A DNA stretch of 64,000 nt from Phoronis australis (Eukaryota; Animalia; Phoronida): assembly GCA_002633005.1 (NCBI GenBank), contig NMRA01000535.1:87850-151849 (forward strand), written 5' to 3'. The notes under the pieces are model-generated. The model was not told where the DNA came from and made no database searches. It saw only the letters and a program-made list of their open reading frames with translations. The position numbers were made by a program, and so were the translations under genes. Shown piece by piece: positions 25,109 to 36,800 of the stretch (within the stretch, counting starts at the first letter, position 1; each line of letters starts with the position of its first letter).

Positions 25109-26275
25109 AGAAGAAAAGTTTTTAAACAATTTCTGACACCTTTTGGAGAATCGTGCATAAATCATGGCAACCATTTTGGAGACTTTATGTTCCAGCTGCG
25201 ACAGTAGCCAAATTTGGATTTTTTCTTGGGCCCTACTAATCCTTAATTTATCAAAGTAACAGTTGACTTTTCGACCGAAGCACAGTATACTTGTATAGCG
25301 ACAGAACATGACCAGGCTTTCGCAACGCACGGGTTGCGTTATTTTAAAGCGGATCTTAATCCAGTGTTTTCAAGCAAAGCAAATGTGCTGGGCTATTGCA
25401 CTCAGTATAGTTTTAAAGATTCTAAATCACCCATAGCACCAGAGTCTACAGCGGTGCTTGTACATGTAGCTTTCAGCACAATGATTAGCACCGGTAATAT
25501 TCAAATCCGCTTGGTGTGAAATGGGTTTGCCTGCAACTCAGTAGCGAAATTCTCATGACAATCTGAGCGTCTTAGTACGCACATATTAAAGGAAGAAAAC
25601 AGACAGCAGTCGGAATGGTTCGGCAACTGTCGGAAGGGTTCGTTTATGAATCCTTGGCAGGTACAATGCCAGATCGTCAAATGCTTCAATACCAGCTGAG
25701 CCTGCCAGGCTAGATATTTTGCCGGCGACGAAATCGGTCGGTGACCAAGAACGCGAGGCACTCCTAATTTTCCGTTCGACCACAATAAAACGCCCACTCG
25801 AATGGGAGGTGGATACTTGACGAGATCGCGGTTCTTCAATATTCACATTATCTAGCTTATTGCCCTCATGTTACCTACAATATGCGTCGTTCGTAGGGAC
25901 CGGGATTTTCGCAACCCCCACACTGTGTTTCGTTGTTTTGGCGACCACACTTCGCGTTTTCCAGGTCACATTTGACGACACTTTTTTATCTTACCAATAT
26001 CCGGTCAAAATTATCTCCATATTTAATTACATGCCGTATATTCAGACGAACTTAAAAAGTATGAGATTACCCTTGTAACATTTGACATTAAAGTGTCTGC
26101 TTTTGATAACTGCCTTCATGTCACGTGCTCCTTTCACGCATAAATTGTACCTTTGCCCAACTATTTTTGAGTGTACTCACGGAATAACGTCGAATTCAGT
26201 GCACATGTTACTTGGCAGTTCTGGGTAGAGTTCAGTAATCGAGCCAAAACCTTGCATGAGCCATGGTTTCGCGAA

Positions 26276-26324
26276 CCTGGTGACCGATGCACCAGGTGAC
26301 CGATGCACCTGGTGACCGATGCAC
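26276..26324. repeat. 16-bp repeat x3 (cctggtgaccgatgca)
   Basis: Direct inspection. Confidence 0.85.
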
Positions 26325-26357
26325 ACAGTTGACTCGCTATTCTTCCTGAGGCAATAA

Positions 26358-26887
26358 GTTATCAGTAGATAACGACTGTATTGTTGGAATGTTATCAGTA
26401 GTTAACGACTGTATTGTTGGAATGTTATCAGTAGATAACGACTGTATTGTTGGAATTTTATCAGTAGATAACGACTGTATTGTTGGAATGTTATCAGTAG
26501 ATAACGACTGTATTGTTGGAATGTTATCAGTAGTTACAACTGTATTGTTGGAATGTTATCAGTAGATAAGGACTGTATTGTTGGAATGTTATCAGTAGAT
26601 AACGACTGTATTGTTGGAATGTTATCAGTAGATAACGACTGTATTGTTGGAATGTTATCGGTAGATAACGACTGTATTGTTGGAATGTTATCGGTAGATA
26701 ACGACTGTATTGTTGGAATGTTATCGGTAGATAACGACTGTATTGTTGGAATGTTATCGGAAGATAACGACTGTATTGTTGGAATGTTATCGGTAGATAA
26801 CGACTGTATTGTTGGAATGTTATCGGTAGATAACGACTGTATTGTTGGAATGTTATCGGTAGATAACGACTGTATTGTTGGAATGTT
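26358..26887. repeat. 33-bp minisatellite (gttatcRgtagataacgactgtattgttggaat) ~16 copies
   Basis: Direct inspection; explains the repetitive ORFs at 26534-26962 and 26553-26924. Confidence 0.95.
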
Positions 26888-27504
26888 TTCCTGGATCGGG
26901 TTAACCATGTTTTTACAAAAATGAAAAATACTAACGGTGAGTAGCCTTACAGTAAAATACAATGATATCTGAAATCCGAGTTATGACGCTTGCATGGATT
27001 GGGAGAAGTACGAAATAAATTCCGAAAGACTTCCCACGACTGAAAACAAAATGTTCTTAAGATTTTCTGCCGCCTCGTATTAAGTACAATTGAACGCGAA
27101 AATACTTTTTACTTTCAAGGTGTTATTTGCCTGCACACCAATTGAACTTTTCATGATATTTTAGAAAGCATCAAGACTAAATTCAAAATAAGAATCGCGC
27201 TTTCATCAATAGTTACGTCATTTGGTGCTTAGCAGTGTGTTGTAGAGCAACGTCAGCAATACATGTAATAGTCGTCTCGTAGTTTATAGAGTATAGTTAT
27301 GACGGACATAATGCCATCATAGGAAATAGGCGAACAAAAGTAAAACAATGGCGTCCAGCATTATGCGGCCTAGCATTGACTCGTCTCATGATTGTAACAA
27401 AGGAGTAAGGCTGGCACGTGTTTGTACGAGGAAATAAAGTTGGTGAGATGACAACATTATCTTTAATCTCAGGACCAAGATTTGTCAGTGGACGTGGCTG
27501 AAAA

Positions 27505-27640
27505 ACTTCATTGTCCTTCTTTGTCCATTCTTCATTGTCCTTGTTTGTCCATTCTTCATTGTCCTTGTTTGTCCATTCTTCATTGTCCTTGTTTGTCCAT
27601 TCTTCATTGTCCTTGTTTGTCCATTCTTCATTGTCCATTC
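27505..27640. repeat. 24-bp minisatellite (ttcttcattgtccttgtttgtcca) ~5.5 copies just after the stop codon of the coiled-coil gene
   Basis: Direct inspection. Confidence 0.9.
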
Positions 27641-27653
27641 TGTTCGTCGTTGA

Positions 27654-29075
27654 TCACCTGTGCGACGAGCTCCCTTCTATAGACTGTGATGCAATTTTTC
27701 TTTTTCTCATACGAATTTTCTCTTTTAAAGATGGTGCCAGTTTGACACTACTCGGACGCCCATAGAACGAATCTACGCGCTCTGGGCTAGTTTTAATGGT
27801 ATGAATGATCTCCAACTGAGTAATCTGGCTGCTTAGACCTGTCACTTCCTCCACCAATTCATCCACGTTCACCAAAAAGCTATCATATTCATTTTTAATC
27901 TCTTCGTAAGTTTTCCTACTCTTTGCCACTTTTTCCTCTATCTGTGACTTTTCGTGGGTTTTCAACTCAGCGTCTTTTTCCATGGTCGCCAAATCACTTT
28001 CGATTTGACTGAGCCTTTCTTCCAATTCCTTAACCTGTCGCATTAATCGCGTGCGTTTCAACTGCAGCGTATAGTTCCGTTTAGTTTGTTTGATGCCCAG
28101 GTTCAAGAAATCAACCATGCTCTCCTTCTGATATTTCTCTTCGCTTTTCCCCGTTTTCTCCAAGCGGTATTGGTCGATTTGAGATTCTAGCGAGTTAAGC
28201 TCCGTCTCAATTCTTCGTAACTTGTCCTTGTTTTTTTGAAAAACCGATTGGGATAACGTAACATTTTTTGTAATCTGTTTCTGTTTTTTGCGTTGCGTTT
28301 TCAAGTCTTGTTCCCGTTGCCTTGTTTTGTGACGCATTTCACGTAAATTCCTATTGATGTCGTGTACGTACGTCTCATCGCTATCTATCCAACGTCGAGC
28401 AACGCCACACAAAGAACGAAATTTTTCGCTGACGTCAGGGACTAATCGCAGGATTGGAAAAGCTTTGTAGTCACATTGCAACAAAACTGCATTTGTAAAA
28501 CGCGTGTTAGTGAAAAGTGTTTGTTTTATGCCACCGTCGTAGCTTCGTAAAAGGAAAACTGTATTCTTTAAGGAGGTTTCAAGTTTTTCCATGTAATTGG
28601 CTACCTGTTGCGTGTACTCAGCAGATATGGGCAAAATGGCATTATCTTGTGCATAACTTACGCAATATGATTTCAACTTCTTCAACACAACCGAATCAAA
28701 TCTCGACCCAAGGGCTCGCATTTGTTCCGTAGCGTATTTCAGACTTTCCCAGAACTCCGTGACAAAGTTGACGAGATCAGTGTCACTGCGACAACTTCTT
28801 AAACCATTTAACAACGACACGATCTGCAGCTCAGAATCTACCACACTTAAAGGAACGCCGCTGTTTCTCAACTCATTATTACACGCGAGTAGATTGTCAT
28901 TACACGTTTTCAGATAACCAGCATATCCCGTCTCGTCACCTTTGACTTCACTTCTGAAGAATTCTCGCATAATGTTGTCTAGCTCAGTTTCAATTTCCAT
29001 AAGAACCTTACGCAAGTGATCCAAACCCTGAAGGTACTCTCCCTGAGGCCCGAGTCTTGGTTCATCCACCGACAT
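27654..29075 (-). CDS. Uncharacterised coiled-coil protein (473 aa, single coding exon)
   Basis: 1.4-kb uninterrupted ORF; helical N-half and long K/E/Q/L heptad-rich C-half. ATG at 29075 (MSVDEPRLGP), preceded by acceptor atttttacacag| (exon from 29123). Confidence 0.8.
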   Translation of the reverse strand: MSVDEPRLGPQGEYLQGLDHLRKVLMEIETELDNIMREFFRSEVKGDETGYAGYLKTCNDNLLACNNELRNSGVPLSVVDSELQIVSLLNGLRSCRSDTDLVNFVTEFWESLKYATEQMRALGSRFDSVVLKKLKSYCVSYAQDNAILPISAEYTQQVANYMEKLETSLKNTVFLLRSYDGGIKQTLFTNTRFTNAVLLQCDYKAFPILRLVPDVSEKFRSLCGVARRWIDSDETYVHDINRNLREMRHKTRQREQDLKTQRKKQKQITKNVTLSQSVFQKNKDKLRRIETELNSLESQIDQYRLEKTGKSEEKYQKESMVDFLNLGIKQTKRNYTLQLKRTRLMRQVKELEERLSQIESDLATMEKDAELKTHEKSQIEEKVAKSRKTYEEIKNEYDSFLVNVDELVEEVTGLSSQITQLEIIHTIKTSPERVDSFYGRPSSVKLAPSLKEKIRMRKRKIASQSIEGSSSHR

Positions 29076-30469
29076 TGTCGAACAGTAGCACAGGTCGGCA
29101 TCGAATATTCCGAATACAAAGTTCTGTGTAAAAATAAGTCCACTGCGTCTATTTAAGATTTTGCCATATCCATGTGCTGAATATGAGTATATCGAGCAGC
29201 CGCACAACAGTCGGTGAATACATACATGTTACGGTAACACTATAACCGCCAACTGATGGACGAAAAATTTCTCATTATTTCCATTTTGAGAAGATAAATT
29301 CGCGTCCATTTCAAGCTCCAGTTAAAAATCAAACTATATGCGCCCTCAGTTCAATCCATCGCCTGTCTCACGAAAGCACCAACCAAGATTATTGCAAATT
29401 TCCTCGTGACAATACCACACGAACACCATCTCTTGTCTCGCGGTGAAGCAACTTAGATTATTGGAGTATTCTTCGTGATGGTAATACGCGAACAAACACT
29501 GACACCCGAACGCTACCCTCATTTACAGAAGGCTTTGTTAGTTTTGTGCAACGCGATACGAAAGCATTCAAATATCACCCCGGTTATAATCAACAACAGC
29601 TCTGTTCAGCAATCATCGCGCCAGCTATCAGATGTGCTCACGGAAAATCCGTTTATCTGAGGATAACCTAAGCCAAGCCAATTTGGCTATGTGGAGAACA
29701 GCTGTGATCCATATAACACACAGCAGTGTGTGTACAAGACATGCCGCGTTTTCGCTACACCAATTCAATGTCAGTGTATGCAAGTGTGAGATTCAATATG
29801 AAAAGGCTTCCATCTATGAAAACACGAGCATTCACAAATTTGGCCGTTCAAATATTACAGCTCGTTAAACAAACAAACATTGGCCTCTGGCTTTATGTGA
29901 GGTACCGGTAATTTAGAATAAACAGCCTAACAAAATGGCTTAGGTTTTATTCACTGTCCAAAGCCACGACAGTTCGAAATGCGTTTATTGCGACTGCTGG
30001 TCTAAAGCTAAATCTCGCTGACCAGAGTAACCCTATAAACCTTACTTCTTTAAGACGTGAACGGGAACTGTATTTAGCGGTCTGAAAAAAAGCGGTCAGA
30101 CTGAGAAAATTTCATTTCTATTGCAACGAAGCCAAAAGACGCCTAAAATATTAGGGCTGACGAGCATTTCCCCGCAAAATCTTTTCACATTCCAACACAG
30201 GTTATCTTTCAGATCCAACTTATGACATCAAGAGTACTAAACTTACTATAATTCAACACCAGTAGCTCTTACTAGCATGTGAAACTAGGCCTACTTATCT
30301 CTTTAGGCAATGAGATTAGCTCATTACTTAGACACCAACTTGTCTTATTTTGTCAAATCATTATCCTAGTATTCATCATTCTTGTATACTTTGAATGCTG
30401 CCTACAGCCGCAGTTGATCGTTGGTAATTGCTCAAGATCATGCTACATGCATAAACCACCACGTCAAAC

Positions 30470-30643
30470 CAACGTCTTACGTTTGGCATGCCATGGCAAC
30501 TGCCAACGTCTTACGTTTGGCATGCCATGGCAACTGCCAACGTCTTACGTTTGGCATGCCATGGCAACTGCCAACGTCTTACGTTTGGCATGCCATGGCA
30601 ACTGCCAACGTCTTACGTTTGGCATGCCATGGCAACTGCCAAC
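30470..30643. repeat. 34-bp perfect tandem repeat x5 (caacgtcttacgtttggcatgccatggcaactgc)
   Basis: Direct inspection; each unit contains overlapping palindromes TGGCATGCCA and TGCCATGGCA. Confidence 0.95.
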
Positions 30644-31529
30644 TCTCGCTAAGCCTCGTAAATGAGTGCGGGATAAGTTGAGACCAGTTTTGTAGCGATA
30701 ACTGGCATGAAAGTAGTTCCAGACTTAAAATCACTTCTTGAGTAAGTGAGAAGAAATTCAATCTTTACACAAGCGCTCGATTTTTTACATGTGCTTATCA
30801 CGTACCCTTACCACGGGGCGCATGAACTGTTACCTCGCACAAAGAATTCTTAGTCATACACACGGGTAGCCCTAAAAGCAGCACTCTAACTAGCGCCATT
30901 GTTTTTGGTCAGGCGCGGGAGGTGAGCCCTCCAAATCCACGTACATGTAATACTAAGCGAAGACAAAACATCGAATCACACAGCTTCTAAAACTTATTCA
31001 TTCCGTTGTGTTCAGAAATCAGATAACTTTGTTATAGCTGTTTGAGTCACCATAACGAAGCGCCAGAATTTTCTGAAAATCACCTCAGAAAATCAATTTT
31101 GTAGCACGACAGTTTACTTAATTCTACTATACAAACAAAAGAGACAATTTTAAATTCAAATTCATTGTTGAAGCATTGATCACAAATCTTTCTGTAAGCA
31201 AGAACTGACACTCCATACAAGCATGGCTAAATGAAAATAGAATGTCTGGAATTCTAAGGCACTTTATCATCAGTGGTCAATGTGCTAGCAGAAAATACAC
31301 AAGAATTAAACATTGGTTTTAATTATAAAAATATAAATATTTCGCATATTAAATTTTAACACATCGAAAGAAAAGCCTTGAATGGTATTTCATATTGTGT
31401 AGTGTGCAAAACTGTTATTTGCAGAACAAATACATGCAGGTCAATATTGATGACTGCATTCACTTAGTTGACATAATCTACTTTGAAACCCAGACTGGGA
31501 TAAGCACAACTTTTTAGACATGATATATA

Positions 31530-31880
31530 TAGTTTAAATTTTGGGTAAATCGTAGCTTAGACAGGATTTATTTGCTTCAATGTGAGATAAATCGTTATTT
31601 TGAAAGGATTTTTAGTTTGAATGTGGGGGTAAATTGTTACAAGAAAGATTTATTTAATTAAATGTTGGGGGAAAATCGTTACCTAGAAATGATTTATTTA
31701 GTTTGAATGTGGGATAAATGTCATAAAATGATTTATAGTTTGAATGGGAGGTAAATAGTAACTAAGAAATTATTTATTTAGTTTGACAACTTTGAATAGG
31801 GGGGTAGAAATGACTTTTATAGTTTGAATGTGGGGTACTAACTCATAATTTATTTACTTAGTTTGACTATGCATAAATCG
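31530..31880. repeat. Degenerate ~44-bp tandem repeat (atttatttagtttgaatgtggg..aaatcgtta)
   Basis: Recurrent tagtttgaatgtggg motif. Confidence 0.65.
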
Positions 31881-32324
31881 TCAGTGAAACATGGGCAAAA
31901 CCATTGTGGTATTTTCTGTCAGCATTTTTTATTTCATTGGCGAAACTGTGATGTGCATTTGAAAAGAACGGCAATTGTAATGCTAATATAGGACATGAAA
32001 ATGTTTTTTTACAAAAATAAACTCAATGTATTACTATGAAAACAAACAATATAACATTAGTACAGGATGCACTATAGAGCACCATACAATAACTGACACA
32101 AACTCATATTTTATATACAGAGCAAATAATTGTACAAAATCTTGCCATCAGTTTTGGAACACAAAACAATAGCTCAAGGATTCATGTAATTTCACCATAA
32201 ATGTACACACAACATTCATTGGGGATAACACTAACATCAAATCACTACATTTCTAAACAATTTTGTTTTAAACTGCCATGTTCTACTGTACTGGGCTTGA
32301 AGCCTTCCTTGAATGGGTTTTCGT

Positions 32325-32727
32325 ATTTTAGATGTATTAGGCTAACCACATAGTCCCAACAATATTTTAATTATATTGGACTATCCATATATCTAGTCCC
32401 AGTAATACTTTAGATGTATTGGGCTTCCCATATAGTCACAGCAATACTTTAGATGTATTGGGCTACCCATATAGTCCCAGTATTACTTTAGATGTACTGG
32501 GCTACCCATATAGTCCCAGTAATACTTTAGCTGTATTGGGCTACCCATATAGTCCCAGTATTACTTTAGATGTACTGGGCTACCCATATAGTCCCAGTAA
32601 TACTTTAGCTGTATTGGGCTACCCATATAGTCCCAGCATTACTTTAGATGTACTGGGCTACCCATATAGTCCCAGTAATACTTTAGATGTATTGGGCTAC
32701 CCATATAGTCCCAGTAATACTTTAGCA
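32325..32727. repeat. 39-bp minisatellite (tactttagatgtattgggctacccatatagtcccagtaa) ~10 copies
   Basis: Direct inspection; explains ORF 32419-32892. Confidence 0.95.
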
Positions 32728-33054
32728 ATGCACAAAGACAGTGGATTTAATCATCAGACATTGGCTCATATTCCAGTGAAACAGACAGTTCATGCCAACT
32801 GCAGTGCCACTGTAAGTTGCAAGCAAAGGACAAAAGAAGTTGCACTTAACTGGGGTCTGAATAGAAGGATTGAATTAAGACAACAGGCCTAACCATTCAA
32901 CATACTTGATGTGCTCAGAGAGATGCTAAAACCATACTGTAGCAATGAAATTCAGAAATGTTATCATTCAAGGTAGACTTCAACAATCTCCTTGACTTTC
33001 AAATTCCCAAAGAATACCATGCTAAAATAAATGCCATACCTCAATCAAGGTAGG

Positions 33055-33342
33055 ATATGTTCAATTCTACGCGTCACTTGACACACAGACATATGTTCAA
33101 TTCTACACTTCACTGGACACACAGACATATGTTCAATTCTACACTTCACTGGACACACAGACATATGTTCAATTCTACACTTCACTGGACACACAGACAT
33201 ATGTTCAATTCTACATGTCACTGGACACACAGACATATGTTCAATTCTACACTTCACTGGACACACAGACATATGTTCAATTCTACACTTCACTTGACAC
33301 ACAGACATATGTTCAATTCTACATGTCACTGGACACACAGAC
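33055..33342. repeat. 36-bp minisatellite (atatgttcaattctacacttcactggacacacagac) x8
   Basis: Direct inspection. Confidence 0.95.
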
Positions 33343-33799
33343 TTGGCAAGGCACAATTATCGTGGATAAGGTAACTCTAGAAAACACTAATTTCTAAATT
33401 TGTGCAAAACAAGCATGAAGGAGTTTTATGAACAAGAGGCAACAACAGTTTCCAAAACTTTTTTTAACCACTGAGCTGTATCACGGTGTGTGTTGCAACC
33501 TGCAGCAAAGTGAGATGTGTATTGCAACATAGCCTGAGCCCAGTGTATTACAACACTGCAGTACTGGTTGAATCAATCAATATGAAATTGTTTTGCTGCT
33601 AAAAACCTTCATGCTAGCACAATTTCTCTGACTCCAAAATACACTAGCCATTGTTGTTGCCAGGAAGAGAACAGTCAAAACTTCTCCACGACGAATTACA
33701 ATGAATGCTATTGCTTTCACTTCAACATACACGTGGCAAAGGAACAAGTCAGAGAGAAATAACTTCTGTGTACAGTTCGTATAGCACAGCCAATGACTT

Positions 33800-33848
33800 T
33801 CAGTCGACATGGTCACCATTGTAAAGTAATGCCTTGGTCTCAACAAAC
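33800..33848 (-). CDS. CEP44: CEP44 terminal coding exon: (L)FVETKALLYNGDHVD*
   Basis: tgttttgtag|G completes TTG; TGA at 33802-33800. Confidence 0.75.
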
Positions 33849-36800
33849 CTACAAAACATAGAATGCATGATCTGCAATAGATTGCAGTTAAAAACATTCC
33901 CCCAGAATAAATCTATTAGTTTCTGAAAAAAGTTGACAGAAAACTTCTCATCGAACATCGGTAAAAGAAAATTTTTACATTAAAAATTCTCCAGTTTGGG
34001 ACAGTCTCTGTAAAAAGAATTCATAAAATTGGAGAAAATACCGTCGACGCAACATTTTCATTTGTGTCTTCACAGTTGAAAGACATTCAGCTATTAAATG
34101 ATTGTTAACTCATTAATCATAATACTTGAATTTGGGACAGTCAATTTGGTACAAGCTCCGACATTGAGGAAAGTCATGTATTTTTCTGTGTGGTAAACTG
34201 GAGATTTTTTATCAGAATTTTAAAGTGGCTTACTACTATTATTATCTTAGTCAAAAGTTTCCCTCTTGCTTTCACCCATAACTATCAGGAAGAAGACGGA
34301 TTATGATGAAATTGAAACTACTGTGTACAGAAATGATTTTGCAAACAGGCAAATCAAGAAACTCCCAAGCAAATCCATGATTCACACAGCAGAAAATGAC
34401 ATAAGTCCTGTTTAGACATTAACTTTTGACACAGCGCAACTGACACGGCGCAAGATGATCTGAGTGCCAAGCAGCCGTTTACACACATACGACTCAGAAA
34501 CGGTGGCAAAGCAGAAGTTGTAGGTAAGAATGTGGAGTTGTCATGTGCAAAGATGCAAATTGCATTATTATTGTTGTTGTTATGATGTTTCTAACTCCCC
34601 CCAGTGTACGTAATTCGTGACATTGAGTTTTCATTCATTGACTTTTTGGTTTGCATTCATTGGTAGGCCTACTGTACATAACCAAGTATTTCAATTGAAC
34701 CTAGTTTTGACTATGTAATATTCTGACAATTTCCTAACAAAACAAATATTGGTCAGGGCAAAGCACTGAACAACTGATTGGCCAATTGCATGAAAATGAT
34801 CACCTGTATATATTTGCGTTTTTTGTGCAAGCGCGATAGAGATGATCCTCTCTACCTTGCCCCAGTATCGCGGTTAGAAATATGGAGTTGACATGGAGCA
34901 AGATGATTGGGAGCAAGTTGTTCTACATCACACACAGATTACAACAGTTGTCACTGTGCTGTCAACTTGTTCTACCTCACAAACGGAATGCAACAGTTGT
35001 CACCGTGCTGTCAACTTGTTCTACCTCACAAACGGAATGCAACAGTTGTCACCGTGCCGTCAATATGTTTTACCTCACAAACTGGTGTCAACAGTTGTCA
35101 CCGTGCTGTCAATTTGCTCACTGTTAGTCCCTTTTACACACATACTTGTGCTCGATGATCTCGTTCTGTGTCGGTTGATACGTGTTAACTATTGTTAAAG
35201 CACTAGTAAACTGTGTTTAGGCAGGCATCTATACCCAGCAGTGCTTAAAAAGCCCTCAGAATCCCGAATAAAATCACGACTTAAAATCCTATCTTCAAAC
35301 GCAGACAGCCAATTCAAATTCGGTATTGTCTGTGTAGCAAATCAAAACAGCTGTCCATGATTTTGTGCTATAACACATTATTATTTAACTAGATGACTTC
35401 ATAAACCAAGTTTGCAGATGAGGAAACAAGTTATATACTTTAATACAAATTTAAGCAGATCAAAACAAATATGGAATTCAAATTTGAGATCAGCAATTGG
35501 ATTTCAGGGATGCACTAATTTTAATTCATGCATTGTGTATACTTTGTTCATACACTTTGTTCATACACTTTGTTCATACACTTTGTTCATACACTTTGTT
35601 CATATACTTTGTTCATATACTTACAAATCATTAATCCTCCTCACACGCTCCCTGTTGGCACTACTGAAGTACGATGGAAGGTCTACGGCAGACTCTCTTG
35701 ATGGGGTACTAATGTTAGTCATCAGCAATGAACCATCGGGGCTGTTACCATTGGGCAGTTTATGAATGACATCCGTCGGGGGCAGGGTTTGGGTAGCAGG
35801 TTCCTCCACAATGGGTCTTGGAATTGGTGACGGTGTTTGGGGTCGAACATCTGTTGAGAAGATATAAACAGTTATATCAGTAAATATGCAGTTTGTACAA
35901 GATGGTTGCAGCTGATAAATCCTTATTTTTTGCAATTTTCGATTGATTTTTAATTGGAACTACACAAGATTTTTACGACTTTTCACAAAGTTTTGACTTT
36001 TTCCACAAACATGTTAAGGTCATAGGTATTTCACTGACAATGTTTGGGAATTCGCAGGGGATACACATTAGAGTTATCCCCAATTATTAAGTACACGCCC
36101 TTTAAGGGTTTTTTGCATCCAGATGAAATATCTTCATTAAATTAGATGTATAATACATGAAAACAGATCTAAACCTTGAACACTTGTATCACATAAAGAG
36201 ATCTCACCTTCAACACTTGTATCAAATAAAGAGATCTCACCTTGAACACTTATACCAATGCTCACATAAATATATTTAATGAGTGAAATACCATTTATGA
36301 TTGACATATGTCCCGAATAATAGATAAATGATACGTGCGTCGCAAGCTTGTTACCAGAGATGAAAAGGAGACAGACGTAGACAATATAAGGTCATTTATT
36401 ACGACTAGTACAATTACAATAAAATGAATACAGGTAAATAACGTATAATAGGTAATCTCTGCAAGACAGAAGTGCTTCTTCAACCTGCACCCAACACCAA
36501 TCTCTCATTACCATCGACAACAAGCAACTCCTCAATGTGGAGCACTTCAAATACCTGGGGAGCGTCATCTCAAAAGATGGTAGCTTAGACAAAGAGATTG
36601 CTTCCAGGATAAGCAAGGCGAGCCAAGCACTCAAAAGACTGAGAACACGGGTGGTGCTCAACGAACACAACATCCGCCTGTCTACTAAACTGAAGGTGTA
36701 TTCTTCAGTGGTTCTGACCTCTCTGCTCTATGGCTGCGAGTCATGGACCCTCTACCGCAGGCACATCAAGAAGCTTGAGAGCTTCCACATGCGTTCTCTT

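Noticed and set aside
25501-25846. Overlapping 86-112-aa ORFs
   Set aside because: No recognisable motif or consistent splice structure.
21985-33342. 26-39-bp repeat arrays with palindromes as CRISPR arrays
   Set aside because: Units are head-to-tail with no unique spacers, there are no cas genes, and the context is eukaryotic.
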